A stretch of 64,000 nt of DNA from an uncultured Methanoregulaceae archaeon (GCA_963701095.1 OY969564.1:416001-480000); one strand, 5' to 3'. Shown: positions 8,452-19,542, counted from the stretch's first letter. Translations and numbers: made by a program. Notes: generated by a model from the letters alone, not told the origin.

Positions 8452-11400
8452 ATGAAAGAAACAGATGATGGGTCACGAACGGATCATACCTTTGCATCCT
8501 TTTCAGAAGCCGATGGAGAGAGATTAAACTCCAAAAAGATCTCGGTCCTGTACGTGGATGAGAACTCATCGTTACTGGATATCGTATGCAGGTACCTGGA
8601 AATGGACGGTGAAATAATGGTTGATACATCATTATCCTGGGAAACTGCGATTGAAAGGATGAGATATATCAAGTACGACGTGATCGTTACTGATTATAAT
8701 ATTAACAACGGGGATGGAAACGAACTGCTCAAGTCTGTAAGGAATTTGGGCATAATGATACCCGTTGTATTTTTCGTTCTTTTCCGCTCAGATGAACTGG
8801 AGAAAGAAGCACTCCAGTACGGTAACGTATTATTTACTGAAAAACTGGCTATGTCCCTGGGTTCCCCGTTTCCCAATCTCTATAATACCATAAAAAAAGC
8901 CGTGTCACAAAATCAGGATAACACCCGGCGGAACCGGTTTGCCATATTGAGACCGGAGGGGATTAAAACGCTTTCGGTGCTCTATGTGGATGATGAGCCG
9001 GCGCTTCTGGATATATGCAAACATTTCCTTGAGAATTCAAAGGAGATGTCGATCGATACAGCAACCTCAGCAAACGAGGGACTTGAAAATATTAACACTA
9101 AAACCTACGATGCAATTGTTTCTGATTACATGATGCCAGGAATGGATGGTATCCAGTTTTTAATTGAAGTACGGAAACGTTTTGGAGAGATCCCTTTTAT
9201 CCTGTTCACCGGAAGGGGTAGGGAAGAGGTGGCTATTCAGGCTATCGATAACGGGGCAGATTTTTATGTTCAGAAAGGCGGCGACCCGGTTGCACAGTTT
9301 GTAGACCTGGCTCACAAGGTAAAACTCGCGGTTAATACATTCAGATCTAATGAAAAACTGGTCTATTATAACCGGCTTTATACGATCCTTTCCGGCGTAA
9401 ATTCTACGATTGTTCATACCGATGACAAGGATACACTTTTCTCCGAGATCTGCCGGATCGCTATTGAAAAGGGCAAATTCCGGATGGCGTGGATAGGACT
9501 CATTGATTCTGCAGTTGACCTGTTACGCCCGGTAGCTTTTGCCGGATTTGAAGAGGGGTATCTTACATCAATACGGATCTCAATCAAAGATGAACCTTAC
9601 GGGCAGGGACCCAGTGGACGTGCAGTTCGCGAGAAAGAGCATATCGTTTATAATGACATTGATACAAACCCCATGATGGCACCGTGGTATGCAGAGATAA
9701 AAGCACGGGGGTACCGATCAACAGCAGCTTTTCCGCTGTTCCTGAATGAAAAGGTTATAGGCACATTCCAACTCTATGCTGCTGAACCTCATTTCTTTTC
9801 TGATGATGAGATCCTGCTTCTCGATGAGATTGCCTCTGATGTATCATTTGCATTGGAAAGGTTTGAAGCCGAGCAGCAGCGCAGTGAGGTGGAGCGGGAA
9901 CTCCGGAATAAAAACGAAGATCTCATGGCAGCCTACGCACAGATCAGCGCAACTGAAGAGGAGCTCCGACAGAACCTTGACGAGACCATAAACGGTCAGG
10001 CCCAGTTACAGGAAAGCGAGGAAAAGTACCGAACTCTAGTCGACAAAGCAAATGAAGCCATCGTGATGGTTCAGGAAGGTCTTTTAGTATTCGCAAACCC
10101 GCGGATGTCAAAATTGCTCGATATTCAATCTGAAAAACTGATCGGGAGTTCCTTTTTGGATTACGTCCATCCCGATGACCGGGAAAAGGTTGCCGGATAT
10201 TATAAAACATGCTTATCCGGAAAGAATGTGTCTGACGGTTACGAATTCAGGTTTATTCGAAATGATGGAACGATGATTTGGGTTCATAACAATGCAGCCC
10301 GGATCCTGTGGCACAAAAAGCAGGTGACCCTCAACCTGATTACAGATATCACAGAACGCAAAAAATCTCAAGATGACTTAAATGAGAAACAAGCCGATCT
10401 CGAGGCTGCGTATGAAGAGCTTATCTCAACCCAAGAAGAACTTCGTAAAAATTTTGATCTCCTGACACTTCACGAACGGGAGTTATACGAGAGTGAGCAA
10501 CATTTAATCAGTATTATCGATTTTCTGCCGGATGCGACATTTGTCATTGACCAAAAAGGAACCGTTATCGCATGGAACCGGGCAATCGAGGATATGACCG
10601 GAATCGGCAAGGCTGAAATGATCGGTAAGGGGAACCGTGAATACACAATCCCGTTCTATGGCGAACGAAGGCACAACCTTCTTGACCTGATCGGTACCGA
10701 TGATGATGAACTAAAAGCGAAATACCAGTATGTTAAAAGAAAAGGCCAGACTCTCTATGCAGAGGTCTTCACACCTGCATTGTATGGCGGAAAAGGGGCA
10801 TACGTATGGGCGACCGTATCACCACTTTTTGATCATCAGGGTAACCGCACCGGTGCCATAGAATCCATCCGTGATATAACCGAGAATAAAAAAGAAGAAG
10901 AGACACTTCGTGAAACGCGTGATTATCTCGAAAGCCTCATCTCCTATTCAAATACACCAATCATTGTCTGGAACCCGGATTTTGAGATCGTTCGGTTTAA
11001 CAATGCTTTCGAAGATTTAACGGGAATTCCTGCTGCAGAAGCAATCGGAAAACCTCTCTTTACTCTTTTCCCTGAAGATAGTAGGGATTCCTCAATTTCC
11101 CTAGTAAAAAGGACGTTAGCCGATGACCATTGGGATTGCGTTGAGATTCCTGTCCTCAATAAGATCACTGGCTCCGTAAAAACGGTCCTTTGGAATTCTG
11201 CAAATATTCTTGACAAATCCGGGTCATCGGTCGTTGCAACAATAGCCCAGGGACAGGATATTACCGATCGGAAAAATGCCGAGATTACCTTACTTAAGGC
11301 AAATAAGCAGCTCAACCTGCTCTCATCAATCACGCGGCATGATATTGCGAACAAAATCACGGGCATTCTTGGGATATTAGCAATAATGCATAAACTTACA

Positions 11401-11973
11401 TGTGATCCAGTACTCGACAAACATATCCAGAAACTGGAATTATTAACAGATGAGATCATGTCTCAAATCGAATTTACCCACCTCTGCCAAGGTCTTGGTA
11501 CAAACACTCCACAATGGCAAAACATAGCCGAAACCTTCCCGATCCGGCAGGTGCCCGAGGGCATCGGGGTTGATATCAGGTTCCACGATATTGAGGTCTT
11601 TGCCGATCCTCTTCTCGAGAAAGTTTTTCCCAACCTTCTTGACAACACGATTCGACATGCAGGTAACGTAACCACGATACGACTTGATTGCCGGGAGAGT
11701 GCTAGCGGTTTACATATCACCTACGAAGATGATGGCATCGGCATCCCTAAAGATGAGAAAGAACGTATTTTCGAAAGAGGGCATGGGAAGAACACCGGCC
11801 TAGGCCTTTTTCTAGTACGAGAGATCCTTACCCTAACCGGTATTTCAATAATTGAGAACGGAGAAACTGGAAAAGGAGCACGGTTTGAACTGCATGTACC
11901 TAATGGGATGTATCACGTGAATTCTGCATCGTCCTTGCTGTCTGATGAAAAGGCGTCTTCTAAAACGATGTGA
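8452..11973 (+). CDS. Hybrid sensor kinase REC-REC-GAF-PAS-PAS-PAS-HK
   Basis: Two receiver domains (first degenerate; second YVDDE...SDYMMP...FTG...K), GAF (RMAWIGL...GQGPSGRA), PAS/PAC repeats, TRHDIANKI H-box, HATPase boxes. Confidence 0.9.
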   Translation: MKETDDGSRTDHTFASFSEADGERLNSKKISVLYVDENSSLLDIVCRYLEMDGEIMVDTSLSWETAIERMRYIKYDVIVTDYNINNGDGNELLKSVRNLGIMIPVVFFVLFRSDELEKEALQYGNVLFTEKLAMSLGSPFPNLYNTIKKAVSQNQDNTRRNRFAILRPEGIKTLSVLYVDDEPALLDICKHFLENSKEMSIDTATSANEGLENINTKTYDAIVSDYMMPGMDGIQFLIEVRKRFGEIPFILFTGRGREEVAIQAIDNGADFYVQKGGDPVAQFVDLAHKVKLAVNTFRSNEKLVYYNRLYTILSGVNSTIVHTDDKDTLFSEICRIAIEKGKFRMAWIGLIDSAVDLLRPVAFAGFEEGYLTSIRISIKDEPYGQGPSGRAVREKEHIVYNDIDTNPMMAPWYAEIKARGYRSTAAFPLFLNEKVIGTFQLYAAEPHFFSDDEILLLDEIASDVSFALERFEAEQQRSEVERELRNKNEDLMAAYAQISATEEELRQNLDETINGQAQLQESEEKYRTLVDKANEAIVMVQEGLLVFANPRMSKLLDIQSEKLIGSSFLDYVHPDDREKVAGYYKTCLSGKNVSDGYEFRFIRNDGTMIWVHNNAARILWHKKQVTLNLITDITERKKSQDDLNEKQADLEAAYEELISTQEELRKNFDLLTLHERELYESEQHLISIIDFLPDATFVIDQKGTVIAWNRAIEDMTGIGKAEMIGKGNREYTIPFYGERRHNLLDLIGTDDDELKAKYQYVKRKGQTLYAEVFTPALYGGKGAYVWATVSPLFDHQGNRTGAIESIRDITENKKEEETLRETRDYLESLISYSNTPIIVWNPDFEIVRFNNAFEDLTGIPAAEAIGKPLFTLFPEDSRDSSISLVKRTLADDHWDCVEIPVLNKITGSVKTVLWNSANILDKSGSSVVATIAQGQDITDRKNAEITLLKANKQLNLLSSITRHDIANKITGILGILAIMHKLTCDPVLDKHIQKLELLTDEIMSQIEFTHLCQGLGTNTPQWQNIAETFPIRQVPEGIGVDIRFHDIEVFADPLLEKVFPNLLDNTIRHAGNVTTIRLDCRESASGLHITYEDDGIGIPKDEKERIFERGHGKNTGLGLFLVREILTLTGISIIENGETGKGARFELHVPNGMYHVNSASSLLSDEKASSKTM

Positions 11974-11988
11974 AAGGAGGAGGAAACG

Positions 11989-13755
11989 ATGGATCGAATG
12001 TTCTTTAAACGGATAGAAACTGCAATGAAAAATATGGGGCCCTGGGATTACTTGATTATCTGTGCTACCATTCTCCCAGTAGTTTTAATCTATTATTCCC
12101 TTACTTTGGGCGTTTCATCACTCGTAAGTGATTTACTCTATATTCCTATTATTATAACCGCGTATACCTATCCACGGCGGGGAACATTATTTGCGATCGG
12201 GCTTGGGATCGTGTATCTGTTTGTCGTTTTCTTATTACGTTTTAGCTATCCGATGGATCTTATAGCCGCCTTGGCACGGTTCTATATCTTTGTGTTTGTA
12301 GGTATTTTTGTCTCTTACCTTGCACTTCGCTTAATGCGCGAAGAACAGATATATCATCGGATCTTTGAGCTCCCCTATGCCGGAATTACACTCATGGATC
12401 CAAAGTCTCGAAAAATCCTGCAATCAAATCATCACATGGAAGATCTTTTCGGTTATACCGCGGATGAACTCAAATCTTTAACAATCTCTGATCTTATCGC
12501 GGAAAAGGATAAGTCTCTGATATCGTCTGTTTTGAAACGGATCAAGGAATTGCCCGATACTCCGTTATCATTGGAACTAACCATTCAAAAAAAGACCAAT
12601 GAAACACTCCCTGCCGTTCTCTCATTATCTGAGATCCACGATGAAACAGAAATGCCAGATTACCTTGTTGTGCTGGTTCAAGAGATGACCGAGCGCAAAC
12701 TTTCCCAGCATCTCCGTTACCAGCAGGCAGCTTCATTGCAGGCATCTATCGACGGGGTCATAATCCTTGATCCATCATTTACCGTAACATACGTAAACGA
12801 TGCTTTTGCCCGCATGTTCTCATGTAAAAACCCATCACATCTTGTGGGAAAATCCTGGTCGGCCATCTATCAAGCGAGTCAGCAGACAAAACTGATCCAG
12901 GAAATCATACCTGCAATTACCAAGGACGGACAATGGAGGGGTGAGATGACCGGAAAACGCCATGACGGGACGTTTATCTCCCTCGAAATATCAGCCAGTG
13001 CCATAGAAGACGGAGGGACCGTCTGTATCGTGCGGGATATCACTGAACGCAAACTGGCCGAACAAGCACTCTATGAAGTAAACAAAAAATTGAACCTGGT
13101 TTCCAACATTACGCGTCATGATATCCATAACCAGATATTCACCCTGCTAGGTTGCCTGCATATAATACGAGGAAAGGTAAACGATCCGGCAATTCAGCAC
13201 TACCTCCAGATAGAGGAAGAGACGATTCAAACCATATCTCATCGGATCGACTTTACCAAAAACTATCAGGACATGGGGTTACGTCCTCCATCTTGGCAAG
13301 ATGTACAAACCGTTTTCCTGTATGCCATCTCCCACCTCGATCTAAAAGGTCTGGAACGTTCACTGAAGGTTGACGAACTTTCAATCTATGCAGATCCCCT
13401 GCTAGAAAAAGTCTTCCAGACTTTGGTCGAAAATACGCTGAAGCATGGCGGCAAAGCAACCCGGTACTCATTTGTCTTTGAACACGTTCATGGAGGAATT
13501 TGTCTGGTGTATGAAGATGACGGGATCGGGATTACGACAAAAGACAAGGAATCAATTTTTGAGCACACACCGGATATGATGGGTGGTCTCAATCTGTTCC
13601 TGTCCCGCGAAACCCTCTCCATTACCGGGATTGGGATACGGGAAACCGGTGAACCAGGAAAAGGTGCACGGTTTGAAATTTTCGTACCTCATGGAGCGTA
13701 TCGCGAGGCTGCAAAGTTGCCGGTTGAAGGTTCATTACCAGGGGTTACAAAATGA
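11989..13755 (+). CDS. Membrane-anchored PAS-PAS histidine kinase
   Basis: About four N-terminal TM helices, two PAS domains, TRHDIHNQI H-box, DDGIGI box. Confidence 0.9.
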   Translation: MDRMFFKRIETAMKNMGPWDYLIICATILPVVLIYYSLTLGVSSLVSDLLYIPIIITAYTYPRRGTLFAIGLGIVYLFVVFLLRFSYPMDLIAALARFYIFVFVGIFVSYLALRLMREEQIYHRIFELPYAGITLMDPKSRKILQSNHHMEDLFGYTADELKSLTISDLIAEKDKSLISSVLKRIKELPDTPLSLELTIQKKTNETLPAVLSLSEIHDETEMPDYLVVLVQEMTERKLSQHLRYQQAASLQASIDGVIILDPSFTVTYVNDAFARMFSCKNPSHLVGKSWSAIYQASQQTKLIQEIIPAITKDGQWRGEMTGKRHDGTFISLEISASAIEDGGTVCIVRDITERKLAEQALYEVNKKLNLVSNITRHDIHNQIFTLLGCLHIIRGKVNDPAIQHYLQIEEETIQTISHRIDFTKNYQDMGLRPPSWQDVQTVFLYAISHLDLKGLERSLKVDELSIYADPLLEKVFQTLVENTLKHGGKATRYSFVFEHVHGGICLVYEDDGIGITTKDKESIFEHTPDMMGGLNLFLSRETLSITGIGIRETGEPGKGARFEIFVPHGAYREAAKLPVEGSLPGVTK

Positions 13756-13947
13756 AACGACACCATATACCACCGGATTTCTTATATCATCGTCTTCGTG
13801 TCGGGGCACGTCTTCCTCTTCGCAAACCAGCCAAAGGACCACCAGAATTGCTCGAACGAGTCGTATTCAAAGATTCGCCGTTATGTAAAAAATTTGAGAA
13901 AGAATTACAAAAAAAACAGGAATTTAATGTAAAGGGGTGACCGGAAA

Positions 13948-14808
13948 ATGAAACAAGAAATTAACGCTCTGATAGTCGAGGATTCAGCCGATGATGCAAC
14001 GCTGCTAGTGCTGGAACTCAAGAAAGGAGGATTTATCGTTACGCACGAACGGGTAGAGACCGTCGAGGGGATGAAAACAGCATTGGCAAGCAAGCCATGG
14101 GACATCATCCTCTGTGATTACAATATACCCAGATTTGGCGCGATGATGGCATTGAACCTCGTGAAAGAACTCAACGTGAAATTACCATTTATTGTTCTTT
14201 CCGGTGTTGTTGGAGAAGAGACAGCCGTTAATACGATGAGAGCCGGTGCCCACGACTTCATTGTAAAAGGCAGGTATGACCGGCTGGTTCCGGCAGTCAA
14301 ACGGGAGATCGAAGAGTATCTGCACAATTTGGAACTAGATGAGAAAGTAAAAAAACAGACTGCAGAAGCGAACAAACAAAAACAACTCGCTTTTCAGATG
14401 ATGATGCAGAACCCGCAACCGCTGATAATGGTTGATACGAATTTTCATATTAAAATAGCCAATGACGCATTCCTCGCCCTGAGCGGGTTAACCGAAGAAA
14501 AAATACAGTCTATGAGCATCAGGGATTTTAAGGTTTTAGAGAAGAGCGGGCATAACGTCCGTGAAGCACTTGAGACAAAAAAAGGTGTTACCGGCAACGT
14601 TGTTGTTGAGTTCCTGACCGGTATTCATTATCTCGAACAGCACACGATTCCGTTGCTGGATAAGGACAACAATCTCGTTGCCCTGATGGTAGTATATAAC
14701 GATAACACCGAAAAACGCAAGATTGACGCTGCAAAGATGGAATTGGCCGAGTACCAATCCACGTATTTCCAATCCCTTTCCGATAACCTTACGCTGATGG
14801 CATGGTAG
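13948..14808 (+). pseudogene. REC-PAS signalling protein, C-terminally truncated by IS256
   Basis: Receiver (IVEDS...CDYNIP...LSG...K) plus PAS. The stop TAG (14806-14808) lies inside the IS terminal repeat. Confidence 0.75.
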
Positions 14809-16062
14809 TGTCTCTATAATGCTGTAAAATCAGCACACCCAGTATCCAAAGAGATCATCTCACTCTTCACAGATAAATACCGGTTACCCGTGATCCACTC
14901 CTCATTAATATCGATAAGGATCGAACCGGTAAGTCTTAACAACGAAGCATCATTCGGGAAAGCCCCTATTTTTCTGCTCCGTCGTTTGAGTTCTTTATTA
15001 ACCCGTTCCAGGAGATTAGTAGTCCGGATCTTTTTCCAGTGTTCCGGGGGAAATGCCCGGTAATTCATCAGGCCGTGCTCGAACCGGTAGATGGTATCAG
15101 CAGCCCGAGAGAGCCCGAAATTCTCCAGTTCCTTCGCATAAGCAAGTAAGAGAGCATGATCACTGAGACATTCTTTGAGTCGTTCGGCGATCGACTTGTG
15201 ATATTTTCGGGAGACTTTTCTCAGAACTGCCCGGATAAAATGAACGTGACAAAGCTGCCATGATGAGCCAGGGAACATCCTTTCGGCAGCCGATTGGATC
15301 CCGGAATGTCCATCTGAAATAACGAGATCCACCTTACTGAGACCACGATCCTTGAGGTCGGAAAATATTCCTTCCCAGGTAAGTTCATGTTCCGCATCAG
15401 CTACACGAGCTCCGAGGATCTCCCGGTATCCGTCTTCCCGTACCCGGCTACTACGAGAAGAGCTTTCGTTGACGTACTTGACTCCATCTCTTACTTTGAA
15501 GTACGATGCATCGACGAAAAGATACGGAAAGTGTGAGTCGATGGTTCTTTCCATAAACTCCGTGATTTTCACATCGAGTTCCTGTGCTACCTTCGAGACG
15601 TAGGACGCCGAAATCTGGGTGACGCCCAGATGTGAGATTACTTTCTCGACATTCCGGGTCGATACGCCCTGAAGATACGATTCGATGATCGCGTTCACGA
15701 GCGCTTTCTCAGCCCGGGAGTATCGTTCGAATACTTTTGTCTCAAACGGGATCTCGCGTAACTGCGGTTTCTGGAGCATGAGATCCCCGAACCGGGTCTT
15801 CAGGGACCTAGACCGGTACCCGTTCCGATGCGCTCTTCTCGAACTCGATCTCGCGTGTTTCGGTACTCCGGCTTGTTGGGCCACTTCCTCGTTCATCACA
15901 TCGTTCAGAAACCACGTGATGAGCTGTTGCATTCCCTTCTCGTTATCGGTAAGATAATTTAGTACGATGTCGTTTAGATTCATTGCCCTGTATTCTCCTT
16001 GTTGCAATCTGATGTTGGATACAGGGCGTCTTCACTTTTTACAGCACTTCGTGTACACTACC
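14804..16062 (-). mobile_element. IS256-family insertion sequence (1259 bp)
   Basis: Imperfect 26-bp TIRs: GGTAGTGTCTCTATAATGCTGTAAAA (14804-14829) and the reverse complement of 16037-16062, GGTAGTGTACACGAAGTGCTGTAAAA (19/26). They enclose a single transposase gene. Confidence 0.92.
14814..15983 (-). CDS. IS256 (Mutator) DDE transposase
   Basis: RNGYR, YLQGVSTR, FVDA, ISDGH.G, QLCHVH and IRTTNLLERVNKE motifs. A short compensated frameshift at about 15440-15470. Confidence 0.93.
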   Translation of the reverse strand: MNLNDIVLNYLTDNEKGMQQLITWFLNDVMNEEVAQQAGVPKHARSSSRRAHRNGYRSRSLKTRFGDLMLQKPQLREIPFETKVFERYSRAEKALVNAIIESYLQGVSTRNVEKVISHLGVTQISASYVSKVAQELDVKITEFMERTIDSHFPYLFVDASYFKVRDGVKYVNESSSRSSRVREDGYREILGARVADAEHELTWEGIFSDLKDRGLSKVDLVISDGHSGIQSAAERMFPGSSWQLCHVHFIRAVLRKVSRKYHKSIAERLKECLSDHALLLAYAKELENFGLSRAADTIYRFEHGLMNYRAFPPEHWKKIRTTNLLERVNKELKRRSRKIGAFPNDASLLRLTGSILIDINEEWITGNRYLSVKSEMISLDTGCADFTAL

Positions 16063-16075
16063 AAAAGAAAAGATA

Positions 16076-16432
16076 TTATTTTTTTTCCTGCGCCATTTTT
16101 TTGATTTTTTCATTGATGTTGGAACTATTCTCAATAAGGTGCCATTCTGCTTTACTCATCCCCATAAAAAAATTGCATGCTGAACATTTAATCCAGGCTT
16201 CATATTGATCAGGAAATTCTACACGAATCGTTAATTCGCCGCACTTTGGGCAGGTAATTTTTTTCTGTTTGATCGAAATTGTTACATCTTGATCCCTATT
16301 GTGAGGCGGGTCTTTTTGTTTACGAGAGACGGGAATTGCGCCACCGGTTTTTTCATCCTCTGATACACAATGTGCACCCATGGGGGTTTCATTAACGCTC
16401 TCATTTATTGTAACTTTGGAATTATCAGTCAT
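16076..16432 (-). CDS. Hypothetical zinc-ribbon protein
   Basis: CPKC...CSAC motif. Confidence 0.65.
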   Translation of the reverse strand: MTDNSKVTINESVNETPMGAHCVSEDEKTGGAIPVSRKQKDPPHNRDQDVTISIKQKKITCPKCGELTIRVEFPDQYEAWIKCSACNFFMGMSKAEWHLIENSSNINEKIKKMAQEKK

Positions 16433-16648
16433 TTTGTTTTTGTCCCACATTGAATCGTTAGATCAGATTTTTGTTTCTTCAGGTACCGCTACAGGACAAA
16501 GGTGATTATAGCAACTATGATGAAGATTATAACGAGCCATTTTGCGATTTCCATAGAGAAACCCGCAATCCCCCGAGCACCTGCTATATAAAAAATAAGG
16601 GCAAGCACAAGGAAAATTACTGCAAGGTAGATTAAATCGGCCATTGCT

Positions 16649-16873
16649 TCACTTCTCCTTCAATTTTGACTTAGCCTCATGAACCGCAATTCTGGCATCG
16701 GCGACGCTTTTAGAGACACTTGTTTTTATATTGTCTGACACTTTGTGAGCATCCACATCTGCATCTTTGAGTGTATTATGGGCGGCCATTTTTGCATCAT
16801 CATAGGCTGCATGTGCAGCTACTCTTGCATCATCGACAATCTTACCCGCCTTTACTTTTAAATTATCAGTCAT
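16649..16873 (-). CDS. LEA/hydrophilin-like 11-mer repeat protein (74 aa)
   Basis: [62 protein letters not shown]; paralog at 42597..42851. Confidence 0.75.
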   Translation of the reverse strand: MTDNLKVKAGKIVDDARVAAHAAYDDAKMAAHNTLKDADVDAHKVSDNIKTSVSKSVADARIAVHEAKSKLKEK

Positions 16874-16958
16874 TTTGTATTCAACTCCAATACCCTGATA
16901 TGATTTTTCAGCTAATTTTTTACTGCATATCAGAACTACCCTGCATAGAATAGGAAAT

Positions 16959-16993
16959 AATATAATTCTTGGCTGTTTTTGCAAAATCTGTAC
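16959..16993 (-). promoter_or_regulatory. Shared upstream element plus TATA-like box (site A)
   Basis: Minus strand GTACAGATTTTGCAA-N12-ATTATATT. Confidence 0.6.
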
Positions 16994-17199
16994 CAAAAAG
17001 ACGGGTAATCTGATGATTCAGAGTAAAAACAATAAAATTACAAAACCGGGAGATTTTTTGGACGCGATCTACAGTATATTCTTTTCAATCAAGTGGAATC
17101 GAGCACCCTGTTCACGATGAATGTTGCAAAATTTGCAAATACAGGAATTGTAAAATTCCGAAATGATAATGTATAGCGGGTTGTTAATAGAGGTCGATC

Positions 17200-19542
17200 G
17201 TGAGAATTATGATGAAAACGAATTGTGTAATGTGTGCGGGAATCATTACCCTGCTCCTCATTCTGATGGTACCTATGGTATCTGCCGACAGCACTGTCCA
17301 GCCGGGCTATATCACGGTCGGACTGGCACCTGTTGCCAACTTTAACGCGGTGTACACGGGCACCACGGCTCCTGCTGTGGTTACATTTCAGGATCAATCA
17401 ACTGGTAGTACCCCATTAACATATTATTGGAATTTTGGCGATGGCGCAACATCAACCGATCAAAATCCACAACACACGTATATTCAGAGTGGATTATTTA
17501 CCGTCAATCTCACAGTAACAAATGCATATGGGACCAGTACCGAGACAAAAGTAAATTATATCGGGATTGGACTGGCTCCGAATGCTGACTTTACCGGTAT
17601 TCCGACAACAGGGAATGCACCGTTGACGGTAGTGTTCACGGATCGTTCATCGGGATCTCCAACGTCATGGAATTGGGATTTCGGGGATGGTCAAACATCG
17701 ACCCAACAGAACCCGGTGCACATCTTCTTTGCGCAGGGAGATTATTCCGTGACCCTGACTGTAACCAACAGTAAGGGTACATCCACCATCACAAAACAAT
17801 ACTTAATTCATGTATTGCCTGCTCTCAAATCAATATTTACCGCCAATCCAAAATCCGGAGTAGCGCCGCTTGTTGTAGGATTTACCGATATATCTACGGG
17901 GAATCCACAAACATGGACGTGGAATTTTGGCGATGGCACTACTGACACAACACCGAATCCAGTCCATACCTTCACTAATAAAGGGGTCTATGCCGTTAGC
18001 CTTACAGTAACCAATGGGATACAGACGGATACTTCGACACAGGCGATCGTTGTTGGTGGTGTTCCCGCAGTAGATTTCGTAGCGGATAATACAACTATTG
18101 TTGCAGGCACTCCTGTACACTTTACGGACTTAACAACAAATTCGCCGACTTCCTGGTATTGGGATTTCGGCGACGGCCATTCATCGACCTTGCAGAACCC
18201 CACTGAAATCTATATGGCAAATGGGGTTTACAACGTCACCCTGACGGCCACGAATAATAATGGACAGAACACGCTGGAAAAAGTTGATTATATAGACGTT
18301 GGGGTCCCACCCACTGCAGACTTTACTACGGCAATTCCGAGCTTCCAGGTAGGCAGTGAAACTCAGTATGTCCAGTTTACGGATACTTCCTACGGTAACC
18401 CGGTTACATGGTCATGGAATTTTGGCGACGGAACGACATACAGTGGCCAGGAACCTCCCCTTCATCTCTATAACCATGTCGGATCATATACGGTTTCACT
18501 GACCGTGACGAATGCCTTTGGACAGAACACAAAGACAGAATCCAACCTGATTAACGTCAGAGCAGGACCATTAGTTAACTTCACGGCGGATAGGACAACT
18601 GTGAGTGTGAACCAGTACGTATCATTCACCGATCTTTCTGCAGGTAATCCTACCAGCTGGTCATGGAATTTCGGCGACGGAGCCACAAGCTCCGAACAGA
18701 ACCCCAGCCATGCATATAACCAGGTTGGAGTTTATTCAGTGATGCTGACAGCATCTGACGGGTACACCCAGAACTCCCTGACAAAGTTAAATTACATCAC
18801 CGTTACAAATCTCCCGAGTGCTGACTTTGTAGGAACACCTACCAGGGGCATTTCGCCTTTCACCGTAGCGTTCACCGATAAGTCCGTAGGCAACCCGACT
18901 GGATGGTCTTGGGATTTCGGTGACGGGACAACGTCGAACGAGCAAAATCCCTCACATGTATACACTACATCCGGCAATCAGATAACCAACAATTATACCG
19001 TGTCCCTAACGGTAACAAATTCAAACGGTGCTAATACAGAAACGAAAGTGGATTATATCCATGTGACCCAGACGCCCATTGCTGATTTCACTGTAAGCTC
19101 AAGGCAGGGTAAAGCACCATTTGTCGTGACATTCACTGACCTTAGCCTAGGGAGCCCAACCGCATGGCTTTGGAATTTCGGTGACGGGACAACGTCGACA
19201 GACCAGAATCCGACGCATACCTATCCATTCGAAGGATCCTATGATGTCCAGCTGACCGCTACGAACCAATATGGGTCTGACACTGTCTTCAAGACCGGAA
19301 CGACATCTACACGGAACAACGGAGTACCTACCGAAGAACCCATTCCGGTACCCTATGTGATAGTTACTCCGCAAGAGGTGATACCGACAATTGCCGCAAC
19401 ACCTCTACCAACCATGCCGCCGGCAACACTGCAGCCAACCGTTATTCCGACAACATCACAGGCACCAGTATCAACTCTCGTTCCAGTGGCTGCAGTTGTG
19501 ATCGGTATGCTTGCGGTTGTTGCAAAGACAAAACTGAAATAA
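17200..19542 (+). CDS. Cell-surface protein with 8 PKD domains
   Basis: Signal peptide; eight W[ND]FGDG repeats; Pro/Thr linker; C-terminal TM plus basic tail. Confidence 0.95.
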   Translation: MRIMMKTNCVMCAGIITLLLILMVPMVSADSTVQPGYITVGLAPVANFNAVYTGTTAPAVVTFQDQSTGSTPLTYYWNFGDGATSTDQNPQHTYIQSGLFTVNLTVTNAYGTSTETKVNYIGIGLAPNADFTGIPTTGNAPLTVVFTDRSSGSPTSWNWDFGDGQTSTQQNPVHIFFAQGDYSVTLTVTNSKGTSTITKQYLIHVLPALKSIFTANPKSGVAPLVVGFTDISTGNPQTWTWNFGDGTTDTTPNPVHTFTNKGVYAVSLTVTNGIQTDTSTQAIVVGGVPAVDFVADNTTIVAGTPVHFTDLTTNSPTSWYWDFGDGHSSTLQNPTEIYMANGVYNVTLTATNNNGQNTLEKVDYIDVGVPPTADFTTAIPSFQVGSETQYVQFTDTSYGNPVTWSWNFGDGTTYSGQEPPLHLYNHVGSYTVSLTVTNAFGQNTKTESNLINVRAGPLVNFTADRTTVSVNQYVSFTDLSAGNPTSWSWNFGDGATSSEQNPSHAYNQVGVYSVMLTASDGYTQNSLTKLNYITVTNLPSADFVGTPTRGISPFTVAFTDKSVGNPTGWSWDFGDGTTSNEQNPSHVYTTSGNQITNNYTVSLTVTNSNGANTETKVDYIHVTQTPIADFTVSSRQGKAPFVVTFTDLSLGSPTAWLWNFGDGTTSTDQNPTHTYPFEGSYDVQLTATNQYGSDTVFKTGTTSTRNNGVPTEEPIPVPYVIVTPQEVIPTIAATPLPTMPPATLQPTVIPTTSQAPVSTLVPVAAVVIGMLAVVAKTKLK

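Noticed and set aside
13752..13940. 62-aa ORF between the kinase and the REC-PAS gene
   Set aside because: It has an ATGA overlap but no recognisable features, so it cannot be supported as a gene.
15440..15470. Programmed frameshift in the IS256 transposase
   Set aside because: A +1 and a -1 indel compensate within nine codons (ESSSRSSRV instead of KALLVVAGV). There is no slippery site, so it is best explained as sequence error.
17400..19260. Recurrent TGGAATTTTGGCGA(T/C)GG-like DNA repeats
   Set aside because: Explained by the W[ND]FGDG motif of the eight PKD domains.
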